Below, piece after piece: positions 18,936 to 29,089 of a stretch of DNA of 64,000 nt. The DNA is from Nitrosopumilus sp. (GTDB lineage Archaea; Thermoproteota; Nitrososphaeria; Nitrososphaerales; Nitrosopumilaceae). Position numbers and translations under genes: made by a program. The notes beneath the pieces are model-generated. The model was not told where the DNA came from and searched no databases. It was given only the letters and a program-made list of their open reading frames with translations. Each line of letters opens with the position of its first letter. The first letter of the stretch is position 1. Location of the stretch: NCBI GenBank assembly GCA_963667665.2, contig OY763927.2:1312001-1376000 (forward strand). The letters are read 5' to 3'.

Positions 18936-19805
18936 ATGAGAAAATCCCCAACAAACAAAGTCTTGAAAAAAACAGTCATTGGAATTACAGTAGTTGGAAA
19001 AGATAGAGAAGGAATTGTAGCTACATTTACAAATTTTGCATTCTCAAAACATGGAAACATTGAGAAAGTAAACCAAAATGTAATCAAAGGTCTGTTTGGA
19101 ATGTATCTAGAAGTATCCTTTTCAAAAACAGTTGATGTGAAGAGATTTGATGCAGAAATACAAAGTTTAGCTAAAAAACAAAAAATGGATGTAAGTACAC
19201 ATCATGAAATAAATTCGCAGAAAAATATTGCAATATTTGTAACAAAAGAGCCACTTTGTCTTAAAACAATTCTTGCTAATGCAAAATCACTCAAAGGAAA
19301 AATTTCAGTAATAGTTGGTACAGAAAATACACTTGCCCCCTTAGCAAAGAAGGCAAAGATTCCATTTGTTACAATAAAAGAAAAGATTCAACAAAAGGCT
19401 GAAGAAAAAATTATTCAAATATGCAAAAAATATGATATTGATTTGATCTCACTTGCAAGATACATGAGAATTCTTAGTCCAAACTTTGTTTGGAGATATC
19501 CAAATAGAATAATTAACATTCATCCATCAGTATTACCTGCATTTCCAGGAGCACTGGCATATGAACAAGCATATGAAAGAGGTACAAAAATTGTTGGTGT
19601 AACTTCGCATTATGTTACAGAAAATTTAGATCAAGGACCAATTATCTTCCAAGATTCATTCAAAGTGGATCCGAATGATACATTAGAAAAAATAAAGACA
19701 AAAGGACAAAGACTTGAAGCAGACACATTGCTTAAAGCAATGAAAATGCATCTAGAAAACAAACTAGAAGTTCGTTGGAGAAAGGTTCACATCAAATCCA
19801 AGTGA
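18936..19805 (+). CDS. purU: formyltetrahydrofolate deformylase
   Basis: N-terminal ACT domain, LARYMRILS, INIHPS, LDQGPII. Confidence 0.92.
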   Translation: MRKSPTNKVLKKTVIGITVVGKDREGIVATFTNFAFSKHGNIEKVNQNVIKGLFGMYLEVSFSKTVDVKRFDAEIQSLAKKQKMDVSTHHEINSQKNIAIFVTKEPLCLKTILANAKSLKGKISVIVGTENTLAPLAKKAKIPFVTIKEKIQQKAEEKIIQICKKYDIDLISLARYMRILSPNFVWRYPNRIINIHPSVLPAFPGALAYEQAYERGTKIVGVTSHYVTENLDQGPIIFQDSFKVDPNDTLEKIKTKGQRLEADTLLKAMKMHLENKLEVRWRKVHIKSK

Positions 19806-19810
19806 ATTAA

Positions 19811-20533
19811 ATGACAGATATCAGAGCCCAATTTGATCCTAATCTTAGAAAATCAATCAAAAAGAAAAAACAAGTCGCTGTAATTCCAATTGGCGCAATT
19901 GAGCAGCACGGAGCACATTTGCCTGTATCAACAGATTCAGATATTGTAACTGAAGTTGCTAAAAGATTATCTGAAATGAAAGGGTATCTTCTTTTTCCAA
20001 CACTTAACTATGGAGTTTCATTTGAGCATGCACCATTTTTTAATTTAAGCATTAAAGAATCAACATTACGTACTGTTCTAACTGATTTGTGTTCATCACT
20101 GTTAGCAAATAATATCAAAACAATTTTCATAATTAATGGACATCATGGAAATTTAAAATCAATCAAAAACATTGATGTAAAACTCCAAAAACTCTCAAAA
20201 AACAAGCTCAAAGTATTTTCATTATCCTATTGGCATTTTATGAAAAGAGATTTTGATCATGCAGGATTTGTAGAGACATCATTAATGTTAGCAATTTCAA
20301 AAAACGTGAAAATGACATTAGCAAAAAAGGGGTTAATCACTGATGGGATGACAAAACAAGAAATCAAAAAACTTGGAAAACTAGCAAATCAATCATTTCC
20401 CAAAGCGACCAAAAATGGAATTTGGGGCGATCCTAGAAAAGCTACAAAAAAGGATGGACAGTCAATTTTAGCTGAAATTGTTAAAAATTTAGGAAAAAAG
20501 TGTCAAACTTGCCTTACTGAGCATAGCTCTTAG
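19811..20533 (+). CDS. creatininase family amidohydrolase
   Basis: GAIEQHGAHLP, NGHHGN, HAGFVETS. Confidence 0.92.
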   Translation: MTDIRAQFDPNLRKSIKKKKQVAVIPIGAIEQHGAHLPVSTDSDIVTEVAKRLSEMKGYLLFPTLNYGVSFEHAPFFNLSIKESTLRTVLTDLCSSLLANNIKTIFIINGHHGNLKSIKNIDVKLQKLSKNKLKVFSLSYWHFMKRDFDHAGFVETSLMLAISKNVKMTLAKKGLITDGMTKQEIKKLGKLANQSFPKATKNGIWGDPRKATKKDGQSILAEIVKNLGKKCQTCLTEHSS

Positions 20534-20590
20534 TTTAACCAATGAATATTTAATATAATCCCTCAATATCAAAGCCAATAAGTGAAATAG

Positions 20591-20827
20591 ATGTCCGTTG
20601 ATATGGCAGTAAAAGTATTGGATGAGAGTATCAATCAAGTAGTATTGATAAAACTCAAAGGTAACAAAACACTTAGAGGTAATCTTCTTGGTTTTGACCA
20701 ACACATGAACCTGCTACTCGATTCTTCAGAGGAAGTTCCTGCTGAAGGCGAGACAAAGAGCCTTGGAACCATCGTAGTTAGAGGAGATAATGTAGTTATG
20801 ATATCCCCTCCACCACCAAACAAATAG
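20591..20827 (+). CDS. Sm-like archaeal protein (Lsm/SmAP)
   Basis: [20 protein letters not shown]. Confidence 0.95.
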   Translation: MSVDMAVKVLDESINQVVLIKLKGNKTLRGNLLGFDQHMNLLLDSSEEVPAEGETKSLGTIVVRGDNVVMISPPPPNK

Positions 20828-20837
20828 GTGATTTGAG

Positions 20838-21005
20838 ATGGTAAAAGGCACAACTTCTATGGGTGGTTATACAAAGAAGAAAGTTCACATCAGATGTAGA
20901 AGATGTGGTAAAAACTCACTTCACAAACGTCATCACCAATGTGCAAGTTGTGGATTCCCAGAGGCTAAACGCAGAAAGTATTCCTGGATTAAATGGTATA
21001 CATAG
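20838..21005 (+). CDS. rpl37e: 50S ribosomal protein L37e (not in ORF track)
   Basis: MVKGTTSMG...HIRCRRCG...CASCGFP...RKYSW; GGTGA SD; typical position after the Lsm gene. Confidence 0.95.
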   Translation: MVKGTTSMGGYTKKKVHIRCRRCGKNSLHKRHHQCASCGFPEAKRRKYSWIKWYT

Positions 21006-21956
21006 ATGCAAGAAATTGTTCTTATTCTTAGTTCAATAGCAGGTGTAGCTACAGCCGTTGCTGCACGAAAGATGCCAAGAGGTAAAAAACAATTGCTTAG
21101 CCTTGGTGCTAGTTCACATATTAAAAGTCAAATTAATACTCTAAAAATTGAAAAAGATATTCTAACAAAAACAATTACAAGATTATACCAAGTAGACTCT
21201 GAATTTTCTAAAATTCAAAAGGACAAACTATTACTAAGATATCAACACCAATTAGGAATTGTTTTAGCTAAACTAGAAAAACTTGAGCAAGCAAGTAAAC
21301 ACCCAGACTTGGGTCCAGTAGGTGATGGTTTGATAACTTTGATGGATCAAAAATTATCAAAACTAGATGATAGATTGTATGAAATATCATCAAAGATGAA
21401 AAGTGCAAAAATAGAAACACCAGAAATTAAAGAAACAAAGAGAGAATCAAAACAAAGTATTTCAAAATCATGGTTCAACTTTGAGAAACCAAAAGAAACA
21501 AAGAGAGAATCAATTGTAATTCCTCCAACAAAATCAAAACAATCATTTGAATTTTCTACTTTAACAAATATTTCAACAAAGGATTCAAAATTCCCATTAT
21601 TTGAAAAAGAAGAATCAAAACAAGACATTGTAAATCCAATTTCACAACCTGAAATTATTCAATCTACAATAATCAAACCAAAAGAAGAGATTATCCAAGA
21701 AATTATTCAACCAAAGCCAAAAGTTGAGGATAAAATTGATATTATTCAGTCAGTTGCACCAAAGCCAGTACTAGAGACTAAGATTGACATTAACAAAGAA
21801 GTTGCAAAAATTACTGAACACAAAGCACTCCCAGAACCAGAACAAAAACCAACAACATTAGATAATGACTTTGATGATGATGTAGATGATTTAGATAAAG
21901 TCAAATCAAATATCATGAAAGTTCTATCAAAGCTTGATCAAGCAGAGGTAGAGTAA
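21006..21956 (+). CDS. hypothetical protein (N-terminal anchor, coiled coil, low-complexity linker)
   Basis: Long ORF coupled to rpl37e and rpiA. Confidence 0.75.
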   Translation: MQEIVLILSSIAGVATAVAARKMPRGKKQLLSLGASSHIKSQINTLKIEKDILTKTITRLYQVDSEFSKIQKDKLLLRYQHQLGIVLAKLEKLEQASKHPDLGPVGDGLITLMDQKLSKLDDRLYEISSKMKSAKIETPEIKETKRESKQSISKSWFNFEKPKETKRESIVIPPTKSKQSFEFSTLTNISTKDSKFPLFEKEESKQDIVNPISQPEIIQSTIIKPKEEIIQEIIQPKPKVEDKIDIIQSVAPKPVLETKIDINKEVAKITEHKALPEPEQKPTTLDNDFDDDVDDLDKVKSNIMKVLSKLDQAEVE

Positions 21957-22631
21957 TTGTCCTATGATAGTGCTATCAAGGCATTATCAAGTGATGCACT
22001 AAAGCATGTCAAAGATTATTCTATAGTTGGATTAGGAAGCGGAAGAGCAGCAACTGCACTTGTAAAATCACTTTCACGACTAATCGAAGTAAAAGATTTT
22101 CATATTGTTGGAATTCCAACTTCATTACAAATCAAACAAGTTGCAGAAAATGGGGGCATACCACTTGTAGAAGCTGATCAAGTTGATCATATTGATGTTG
22201 TATTTGATGGTGCAGATCAAATTGATTCTCAAAAATTTGTAATCAAAGGAGGAGGAGGTGCTTTACTACGAGAAAATGTTTTGTTTAGTCTTGCAAAAAA
22301 AGTTGTAGTCATGGCAGACAAGAGCAAGTTTGTAAAAAATTTTACAAGAACTGTTCCAGTAGAAGTTCATCCATTTGCTAGAAGTTCAGTAATAAATGCA
22401 ATTGAAAAACTAGGAGGAAAAGTACAACTACGAACAATGGATAGAGGCTATTCGTTTTTTACAGAAAATGGTAACATAATTTTAGATTGTGATTTTGGAA
22501 CAATAAAGAATCCAAAAGTACTTACTCAAAAAATCAAACAAATTGCTGGAGTTTTAGAGTCTGGAATTTTTCTTAGAAAACCAGATGTAATTTACAGAGC
22601 CAAAACTAACGGTAAATTTGATATTCTCTAG
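21957..22631 (+). CDS. rpiA: ribose-5-phosphate isomerase A
   Basis: GLGSG, DGADQ, IKGGGGALLRE, TENGN. Confidence 0.95.
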   Translation: MSYDSAIKALSSDALKHVKDYSIVGLGSGRAATALVKSLSRLIEVKDFHIVGIPTSLQIKQVAENGGIPLVEADQVDHIDVVFDGADQIDSQKFVIKGGGGALLRENVLFSLAKKVVVMADKSKFVKNFTRTVPVEVHPFARSSVINAIEKLGGKVQLRTMDRGYSFFTENGNIILDCDFGTIKNPKVLTQKIKQIAGVLESGIFLRKPDVIYRAKTNGKFDIL

Positions 22632-22646
22632 AAAATTTTGACAAAC

Positions 22647-23315
22647 CTATTCTTTTTTGCCAAATTTTCCCAGTAGAGGAACAAAAATGTAGTTCGGTTG
22701 GTTTTTAATTTCAACAATTCCTTCAGAAGTTTTTTTCAATAAAACTAATGATTGAGATGAATTCCCTACAGGTGCAATTAAGAGTCCATTCTCACCGAGT
22801 TGTTCAAGTAATGGTAAAGGAATTTCTGTGCATGCTGCAGTAATTATGATTTTATCATATGGTGATTCTTCTGAATAACCCAAAGTACCATCACCTAAAA
22901 TTACTTGAGTATTATCCAATCCAAATTTTTCTAAATTGTTTTTTGCAAATTTTACTAATTTTGAATGTCTTTCTATGGAATAAACAGTTCCTGTTCCTAC
23001 TAGATAAGAAAGGATTGCAGTCTGCCAAGCAGAACCAGTACCAATCTCAAGAATTTTTTGCCCATCTTTTACATCTAACCACTCTGTCATTCTTGCAACA
23101 ACTCCTGGTTGAGAAATAGTCTGATCTTTCATTATTGATAGAGGTTCATTGTAATATGCTCTATCTAGTTCTGATATAGGAACAAATTCATGTCTTGGAA
23201 TGTTTCTAAATGCAGATTCAACGTTATCATTAGTAAGAAATTCTGAATCTTTTAGATAATTAATTAAATTATCTAACTCCATCTGATATTTTTTTTCAAT
23301 TTTAATTATATTCAA
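22647..23315 (-). CDS. pcm: protein-L-isoaspartate O-methyltransferase
   Basis: PRHEF, QTISQP, LEIGTGS, YDKIIITAA, FVPL; true start may be 23283. Confidence 0.92.
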   Translation of the reverse strand: MNIIKIEKKYQMELDNLINYLKDSEFLTNDNVESAFRNIPRHEFVPISELDRAYYNEPLSIMKDQTISQPGVVARMTEWLDVKDGQKILEIGTGSAWQTAILSYLVGTGTVYSIERHSKLVKFAKNNLEKFGLDNTQVILGDGTLGYSEESPYDKIIITAACTEIPLPLLEQLGENGLLIAPVGNSSQSLVLLKKTSEGIVEIKNQPNYIFVPLLGKFGKKE

Positions 23316-23355
23316 TTATTATAGATAGAATTTTTTATCATTTAAACCCAATTTG

Positions 23356-24759
23356 TTATTTTGAAAATAAGTTAATTTTTCGTTCGACTAGTTTTCCATG
23401 ACCAAGTTTTCCAATTACTTCAAAGTCATCAGCGACTATTTCTCCTCTAACAATTGTTTTAACAGGCCATCCTTTTAGATTTCTTCCTTCATACACAATA
23501 TAATCAGAAAAGCCTCCAAACAAATCAGATGTTACTTTTTTTTCTTTTTTCAAATCGATCATAGTAATGTCGGCATCAGAATTTTTTTCCAATGTTCCTT
23601 TTTGTGGATACATTCCAAAAATTTGAGCAGCATTATAACTTGTAAATTGCACAAATTGCTCAAGTGTTATTTTGTTTTGGTTTACACCATCATTAAGTAA
23701 TATTGGAATTACAGTACCAATTCCTGGAAATCCTGCTAATGCTCCCCAAATATCATCACCATCTAGTTTGAGTTTGAGTTGATTTGCAACATGATCCGTA
23801 CCTATGGTATCAATAAAATTCTGAGAAAGAGCATTCCAAACTGCCTTGTTGTCATTTTCTGTTCTTATTGGAGGCATAACTTTAGCAAGATATCCTTCTT
23901 GTTTTTCAATAGATAGTGTAAGATAGTGAGGGCACGTCTCAACAAAAATTTTTGTTCCAAGTTTTTTCTCTTCTTGAATCTGAGCTAATGCTCGTTCTGA
24001 GCCAATGTGAACAAAATAAATTACACAATCATAATCTCTTCCAAACTTTGAAACAGTCTTAATGGCTTTGGCCTCAAATTCAGGAGAACGACTTTGAGAC
24101 CACGCAGAAAGTCCGTCTTGTTTTTTTTCTTTTGCAGTTTTAATTCCACATCCACATGATTCATAGTCTTCGGCGTGAACAAGTACTGGACAACCAAGTG
24201 AAGCTGCAGTTTTTACAGTTTGTTCAACTATTTCATCATTAACTTCTACTTTAGCTGAAACAAGTTTAGAGGAGTTTGGTGGCATATCCATGTATACATG
24301 ACTAATTTCACCACCAAGATTCATGTAAATTTTAAAAGATGTAATTCCTTTTTCTATACAGAAATTCATCTCATTGATTTGTTGAGGTGTAAAAATAGAA
24401 GCATGAATTGCATAATCAATGTAATGACTTTGAGATGATGCATCAAGCTGAGCTTGTAATGAGCTAGAAAATGAATTTTCCAATCTAAGCATTCTCATCA
24501 TAGTTGTTATTCCACCAATTGCTGCAGCATGAGATTCGGTTTTTGCTGATTCATTTATTGGAGAATACACACCATAATGAACATGAGTATCAATTGGACC
24601 AGGAACAGAAATCAATCCATTGCCATTAATTTTGTTATCACAAGCTGGAGTATCATTTGTAAACCCAACAATTTTTCCCTCATCAATTAGAATATTTTTG
24701 TCTAGCATTCCCTGAGGAAGTATAATGTGTGAATCGATAATCACAGTATCATACGTCAT
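23356..24759 (-). CDS. cyclic amidohydrolase (dihydroorotase/hydantoinase family)
   Basis: DTHVH, GGITT, SFK, HAED, ETCPHY, GTDH. Confidence 0.88.
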   Translation of the reverse strand: MTYDTVIIDSHIILPQGMLDKNILIDEGKIVGFTNDTPACDNKINGNGLISVPGPIDTHVHYGVYSPINESAKTESHAAAIGGITTMMRMLRLENSFSSSLQAQLDASSQSHYIDYAIHASIFTPQQINEMNFCIEKGITSFKIYMNLGGEISHVYMDMPPNSSKLVSAKVEVNDEIVEQTVKTAASLGCPVLVHAEDYESCGCGIKTAKEKKQDGLSAWSQSRSPEFEAKAIKTVSKFGRDYDCVIYFVHIGSERALAQIQEEKKLGTKIFVETCPHYLTLSIEKQEGYLAKVMPPIRTENDNKAVWNALSQNFIDTIGTDHVANQLKLKLDGDDIWGALAGFPGIGTVIPILLNDGVNQNKITLEQFVQFTSYNAAQIFGMYPQKGTLEKNSDADITMIDLKKEKKVTSDLFGGFSDYIVYEGRNLKGWPVKTIVRGEIVADDFEVIGKLGHGKLVERKINLFSK

Positions 24760-24834
24760 TTGAAAATTTTATACCTGGCAGTCTATTATGCGTTGAGAAA
24801 ATGAATAAACATACAACTAGAAGGAATAACTCAG

Positions 24835-24906
24835 GGGCCGGTGGTTTAGGGGTATAATGCCTCGTTCGCAACGAGGATGTCGAGGGTTCGATTCCCTCCC
24901 GGTCCA
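24835..24906 (+). tRNA. tRNA-Ala(CGC)
   Basis: GGGCCGG/CCGGTCC acceptor with G3:U70, CCTCG-TTCGCAA-CGAGG, GTTCGATTC. Confidence 0.95.
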
Positions 24907-24950
24907 CTTTTCTAGAAACCATTATACATAAATGAAAAAATTCTAACGTT

Positions 24951-25310
24951 ATGGAAGTATTTGACGGCAAAAAAGCTGCACAAGACTACATGTCAACACA
25001 TACTCTAGCATTTTCAACTCCAGAATTAACTCTAATGAGATTTGCATTTTGGTTGGGAGATTCAGTCCCAGATCCAAAAAACGAAGGAAAGGGATTTCCT
25101 AGAATGATGACATTTTTGACAGAAGCAGATTTTGAACCAGTTTTAATTGATGATGACAAATACGAACCATCTGGTGCAGTCAGTAGATCTGCATTTCTTG
25201 GAAACGCCTACAAAGAAGAAAATACAGACGGAAAGTTTTGTTCTGAATGTGGTACAACTCTTTCAGCAACAGCAAAATTCTGTCCTGAATGCGGTACAAC
25301 ACAAGAATGA
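24951..25310 (+). CDS. zinc-ribbon domain protein
   Basis: C-terminal FCSECG...AKFCPECG. Confidence 0.85.
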   Translation: MEVFDGKKAAQDYMSTHTLAFSTPELTLMRFAFWLGDSVPDPKNEGKGFPRMMTFLTEADFEPVLIDDDKYEPSGAVSRSAFLGNAYKEENTDGKFCSECGTTLSATAKFCPECGTTQE

Positions 25311-25335
25311 GAAAATAGTTTTTAGAGTTTTAATT

Positions 25336-25863
25336 TTATGTTCTAGTTCCACACTTTGTGCAAAACTTTGCATTTGGTCTTAGTTCAGCACCACATGAAG
25401 AACATCCATTTCCACTAGATGTTGTAGCTGTTTGAGCTACCAAACGTTGATCTGGTGTTGGTAAAGTTCCAACGTCTCCAAATGATTCTTGGGCAGAAAC
25501 AATTCCTGGTGGGCCTCCAACTGGATTGTCCGTAGTCCCTGCTCTTGGTGGCATTCCCATTCCGCCAGCCATACCTCCAGGATTTCCCATTCCGGGCATC
25601 AAACCAGGAGACTGTGTATTTCCTCCGCCAGAACCCATTGATTTTTTCATCTCAAATAGTACTTTGATTGCTAGAAATTCTAATGCTGAATATGCTACTA
25701 CATAATCACCAAGTTTTTGGAAGAATTCTTTATCACTTAGTTGGCCTTTTTTGTACATGTTATTAGTATCAAGAAATGTTTCATAGTATCCTTGAGATTC
25801 ATCAAACAAACTTTCGAGTTTTTCATATAGCATACCTAGTGTATCTACTTCACCAAACGACAT
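25336..25863 (-). CDS. zinc-ribbon domain protein with Gly/Met/Pro linker
   Basis: C-terminal CSSCG...AKFCTKCG; GAGGGG SD before ATG 25863. Confidence 0.85.
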   Translation of the reverse strand: MSFGEVDTLGMLYEKLESLFDESQGYYETFLDTNNMYKKGQLSDKEFFQKLGDYVVAYSALEFLAIKVLFEMKKSMGSGGGNTQSPGLMPGMGNPGGMAGGMGMPPRAGTTDNPVGGPPGIVSAQESFGDVGTLPTPDQRLVAQTATTSSGNGCSSCGAELRPNAKFCTKCGTRT

Positions 25864-26064
25864 GAACCCCCTCAATTTTTGGAATATTAATTACTTTAGG
25901 ATCAAAATGTGTAATGTTCAATATACTCAACAGGCTCAATTTAGTCACAGATATCATTGAATTGATTTTTCATATTGAAAGTAGGTTCAGCTAATTAAGA
26001 CAAGTTCTTTAAACAATTGTTTAGTTTTTGTGTAGTTAATTTTATTTAAAATGTATTTCTTGAA

Positions 26065-26493
26065 ATGAAAATGGATAAATCTTCTCACCAAACAAAAGAT
26101 CTCTTTGGTGTATCTAAAAAAAATATTGACAGATTTTTTAATGAGGTTGAAAAATCTTCTCCAAAATACCATCAATCAGTCGCTAAACTTCAGCAAGATT
26201 ACATCGATGCATGGAAAACTGTGATTAATTCAGCTATTTCTTTGGAACAAGAATATGCAATCAAGGCGGGTTACAAGACAGAAGTACCTGAATCTGTTCT
26301 AAAAACAATCCGTGATATTACTGACTTCTCTCTTGAAGCATATAACAATCAAAATAAAATCACTACAAATGCATCAGAGGCAACGAAACAGGCGTTTAAA
26401 ACATTTAATCAAAATACAAAATCTTTTGCGACTCTAAACAAAGAGATTATGGGATATATCATGTCTGTATTTGAACAGAAATTAAACACCTAA
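26065..26493 (+). CDS. helical hypothetical protein (phasin-like composition)
   Basis: Amphipathic helical pattern rich in Q/N/T/A/K. Confidence 0.65.
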   Translation: MKMDKSSHQTKDLFGVSKKNIDRFFNEVEKSSPKYHQSVAKLQQDYIDAWKTVINSAISLEQEYAIKAGYKTEVPESVLKTIRDITDFSLEAYNNQNKITTNASEATKQAFKTFNQNTKSFATLNKEIMGYIMSVFEQKLNT

Positions 26494-26537
26494 TCTATTT
26501 TTTCTAGATCAAAAAAGAAGAAAAACGTGTTTGGGAT

Positions 26538-26864
26538 TTATGCTAGTGCTCTATCAATCATACTTTTGTATGATTCTTTAGAAGCAGCGCCTACTTGTTG
26601 GCTAACTAATTCACCTTTGTTAAGTAGGATTAAGGTTGGAATACTAAAGACATTATATTTTGATGCCAATTCATTGGCCTCATCAACATTAACCTTGACA
26701 AATTTTACTTTGCCATCATAATCATTTGCCAATTCTTCAACTACTGGACTTACCATCCTACATGGACCACACCATTCTGCCCAAAAGTCTACAAATACAG
26801 GAATATCAGAGTTTACCACTTCGACTTCCCAAGACTTTGCATCTGAAACTTGTGTAACTGTCAT
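26538..26864 (-). CDS. trxA: thioredoxin
   Basis: DFWAEWCGPCR. Confidence 0.93.
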   Translation of the reverse strand: MTVTQVSDAKSWEVEVVNSDIPVFVDFWAEWCGPCRMVSPVVEELANDYDGKVKFVKVNVDEANELASKYNVFSIPTLILLNKGELVSQQVGAASKESYKSMIDRALA

Positions 26865-26979
26865 GGTACTGATACTTTATTGACCGTACCTAAAAACGTT
26901 CACCAGAATTAACACCATATTTTTTGTTGGATAATTAATTTTGGTATATATTTAAATGACGTTTTAATAAAATTCAGAC

Positions 26980-27711
26980 ATGAGTTCAGAGCTTAGACTT
27001 AAAAAATTAAGAGGTTCCGGAGGATATGTTATGGCCACAGTTACTGATGAACAACAGAGAAAAGCAAATGTAGGTGGTGGTGGTCCTGATCTGTTTTTAG
27101 CAGCAATAGGTAGATTAGAAGTAGAAAAAATTACCAAATATTTTTGCAATACCTGCGAAAAAGAATTCGAGGGCGCACCAAAAATAGAATTTGAGAATCC
27201 TAACGAAGAAGTTTCAGAAAATCTAATTCTTGTAGAAAAAGGACAATACATATGCAATTCATGTAATAATTCAATTGCAGAATATAGAGAATTCAAAAAA
27301 CCAGACGAAACAGGAGAAATTGGAAATGCAAAACCTGAAGGGGAAATAGTTGAAAGTGTACCACAGCAAGTTGTAGAGGCATCACCACAAACTCCACAGG
27401 AAACAGTTACACAACCAGGTCCAGCAACTTCAGTTACTTCAATTGAAGGAAGAGCAGTATATGATGAAAATGCCAACAAGATCGGAGTTGCAAAACAAGT
27501 AGGTATTGATTCTTCACAGTCGATGGTTCTAGTATTGACTAAAAATGATGGTACAGAAGGCAGTATTCCATGGAATGGTATCAAAAAGATTGGCGAAGTA
27601 ATTCTTTTAGGAAATCCAGAATCTGCTACTCAACCAGGAAAATGCTCTAATTGTGGATTTGGAAATAAAGAAGGCTCTAAATTCTGTGAAGAGTGCGGAA
27701 CCAAGCTCTAA
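26980..27711 (+). CDS. Zn-finger + PRC-barrel-like + zinc-ribbon protein
   Basis: CNTC/CNSC; IEGRAVYDENANKIG...IPWNGIKKIGEVILL; CSNCG..FCEECG. Confidence 0.78.
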   Translation: MSSELRLKKLRGSGGYVMATVTDEQQRKANVGGGGPDLFLAAIGRLEVEKITKYFCNTCEKEFEGAPKIEFENPNEEVSENLILVEKGQYICNSCNNSIAEYREFKKPDETGEIGNAKPEGEIVESVPQQVVEASPQTPQETVTQPGPATSVTSIEGRAVYDENANKIGVAKQVGIDSSQSMVLVLTKNDGTEGSIPWNGIKKIGEVILLGNPESATQPGKCSNCGFGNKEGSKFCEECGTKL

Positions 27712-27752
27712 TAGCTAACAAATTTAATCAATGAAAATAGGCGATGATATAA

Positions 27753-28472
27753 TTGAAAAAATCTATTTCTAAAGGAGTAATCAAAGACATCATTATTGTT
27801 GGTGTAGGGGTTTTAGTTATTTGGATAGGTCTACAAGCAGCATTTGGAACACAAAATCCATTCTATGTAGTTGCAAGTGGAAGTATGATTCCAGTTTTAG
27901 AAGTTTATGATGTTTTGATAGTTCAAGGACATGAGCCTTTTGAAGATATAGAGATAGGAGACATTATTGTATTTAATCGGCCATCAGATCATAATAGAGT
28001 AATTGTACATAGAGTTATATCAATAATTGATGATGAACCAAAAACAGTTAGAACAAAAGGAGATGCAAATCCAGCGTCAATTCCTGGAACTGACTTTCCA
28101 ATTACTGAAGAAGAATACATTGGAAAAGTAGTACATACGCTTCCACAAGTAGGATATGTTACACAGTTACTAAAACCACCCATTAACTATGTCATTATTG
28201 CAGTTGTGATAGGAGTAATGATTGTAAAACAGATTACAAAGAAGAAAAAAGAAAAAGAAACTATACTCTCAGATCCATTAGATTCAAAAAATCCAGACAC
28301 AATTGAAGAATTATCAGATATAGATAAAATAGAAAAAGATTCTGAATATTCTGGACATGTAGAAAAATTAGATTCTACAGAAAAAGTAGAGTCTGATGAA
28401 GAAGCTAAATTAGATTCAGATGAAACACCCAAAAAAGATGATAAAACATCTGAGAAAGATAACAAAGAGTAA
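27753..28472 (+). CDS. signal peptidase I (S26, archaeal type)
   Basis: VASGSMIP, GDIIVF, IVHRV, TKGDAN. Confidence 0.92.
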   Translation: MKKSISKGVIKDIIIVGVGVLVIWIGLQAAFGTQNPFYVVASGSMIPVLEVYDVLIVQGHEPFEDIEIGDIIVFNRPSDHNRVIVHRVISIIDDEPKTVRTKGDANPASIPGTDFPITEEEYIGKVVHTLPQVGYVTQLLKPPINYVIIAVVIGVMIVKQITKKKKEKETILSDPLDSKNPDTIEELSDIDKIEKDSEYSGHVEKLDSTEKVESDEEAKLDSDETPKKDDKTSEKDNKE

Positions 28473-28490
28473 ATTAAATTCGGTGTAATT

Positions 28491-28548
28491 CAGGCAAACA
28501 GGTTCACATTATGCGTAGATGAAAGCACTAGATCGTCCTGTTTGCTTG
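28491..28548. ncRNA. candidate small structured RNA (12-bp stem, internal loop, apical stem)
   Basis: CAGGCAAACAGG (28491-28502) pairs with CCTGTTTGCTTG (28537-28548); inner TGC/GCA. Confidence 0.4.
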
Positions 28549-28701
28549 GTGAGATTATTTACGTAAAATTTACTAAAAAAGGATTCTGATAAATCATTAG
28601 TTCCAAGAGTAGAATCATTTATGAACTACCTGTAATGTTAATTTTAAAATCTATAGTTTTGTAGATTAGTTTAGTGCGTATTTCATTAAAATCCCAATTA
28701 T

Positions 28702-28941
28702 CTAATGAGTATATGCAATTTTAGATAACTTACGGATATGACTAGTATCATTTTTTGCTGCCAAGTTTAGTGCTTTTTGCATTTTATTTTTGATTTCATC
28801 AAAGTCTTTTTGGTCCTCTTTGATTACCTCGCATTCTGCGACAATTGGCAAGTCTCTAAAGTTCTGAAACTGCACATATGTCACAACACAGGTATAGTAT
28901 TTTTTGTCTTCCTTGAATTTGTACCTAATTTTAACTGGCAT
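28702..28941 (-). CDS. hypothetical protein
   Basis: 79-aa ATG ORF with protein-like composition. Confidence 0.65.
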   Translation of the reverse strand: MPVKIRYKFKEDKKYYTCVVTYVQFQNFRDLPIVAECEVIKEDQKDFDEIKNKMQKALNLAAKNDTSHIRKLSKIAYTH

Positions 28942-29089
28942 ACCATTTTCAATGTAATTTAATTATGAGATTAAATACTGTTAGTTAGAAAAATAAATAA
29001 CATCTTTATGATCGCTATGTTGTTTTTAATAATTTGATCTCACCAAATTGTATTACAAATTTAATGATCTATTTTAGAAATTTTAAAAT

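Noticed and set aside
18866-19087. Minus-strand 73-aa ORF
   Set aside because: Antisense to tRNA-Leu and purU; shadow ORF.
24749-24970. Minus-strand 73-aa ORF
   Set aside because: Antisense to tRNA-Ala.
26964-27584. Long antisense ORFs (this one and e.g. 6536-6859, 11266-11652, 41407-41769, 49045-49473, 49812-50297, 55299-55658)
   Set aside because: Mirror frames of well-supported genes, with Ser/Ile/Phe-rich shadow composition and no motifs.
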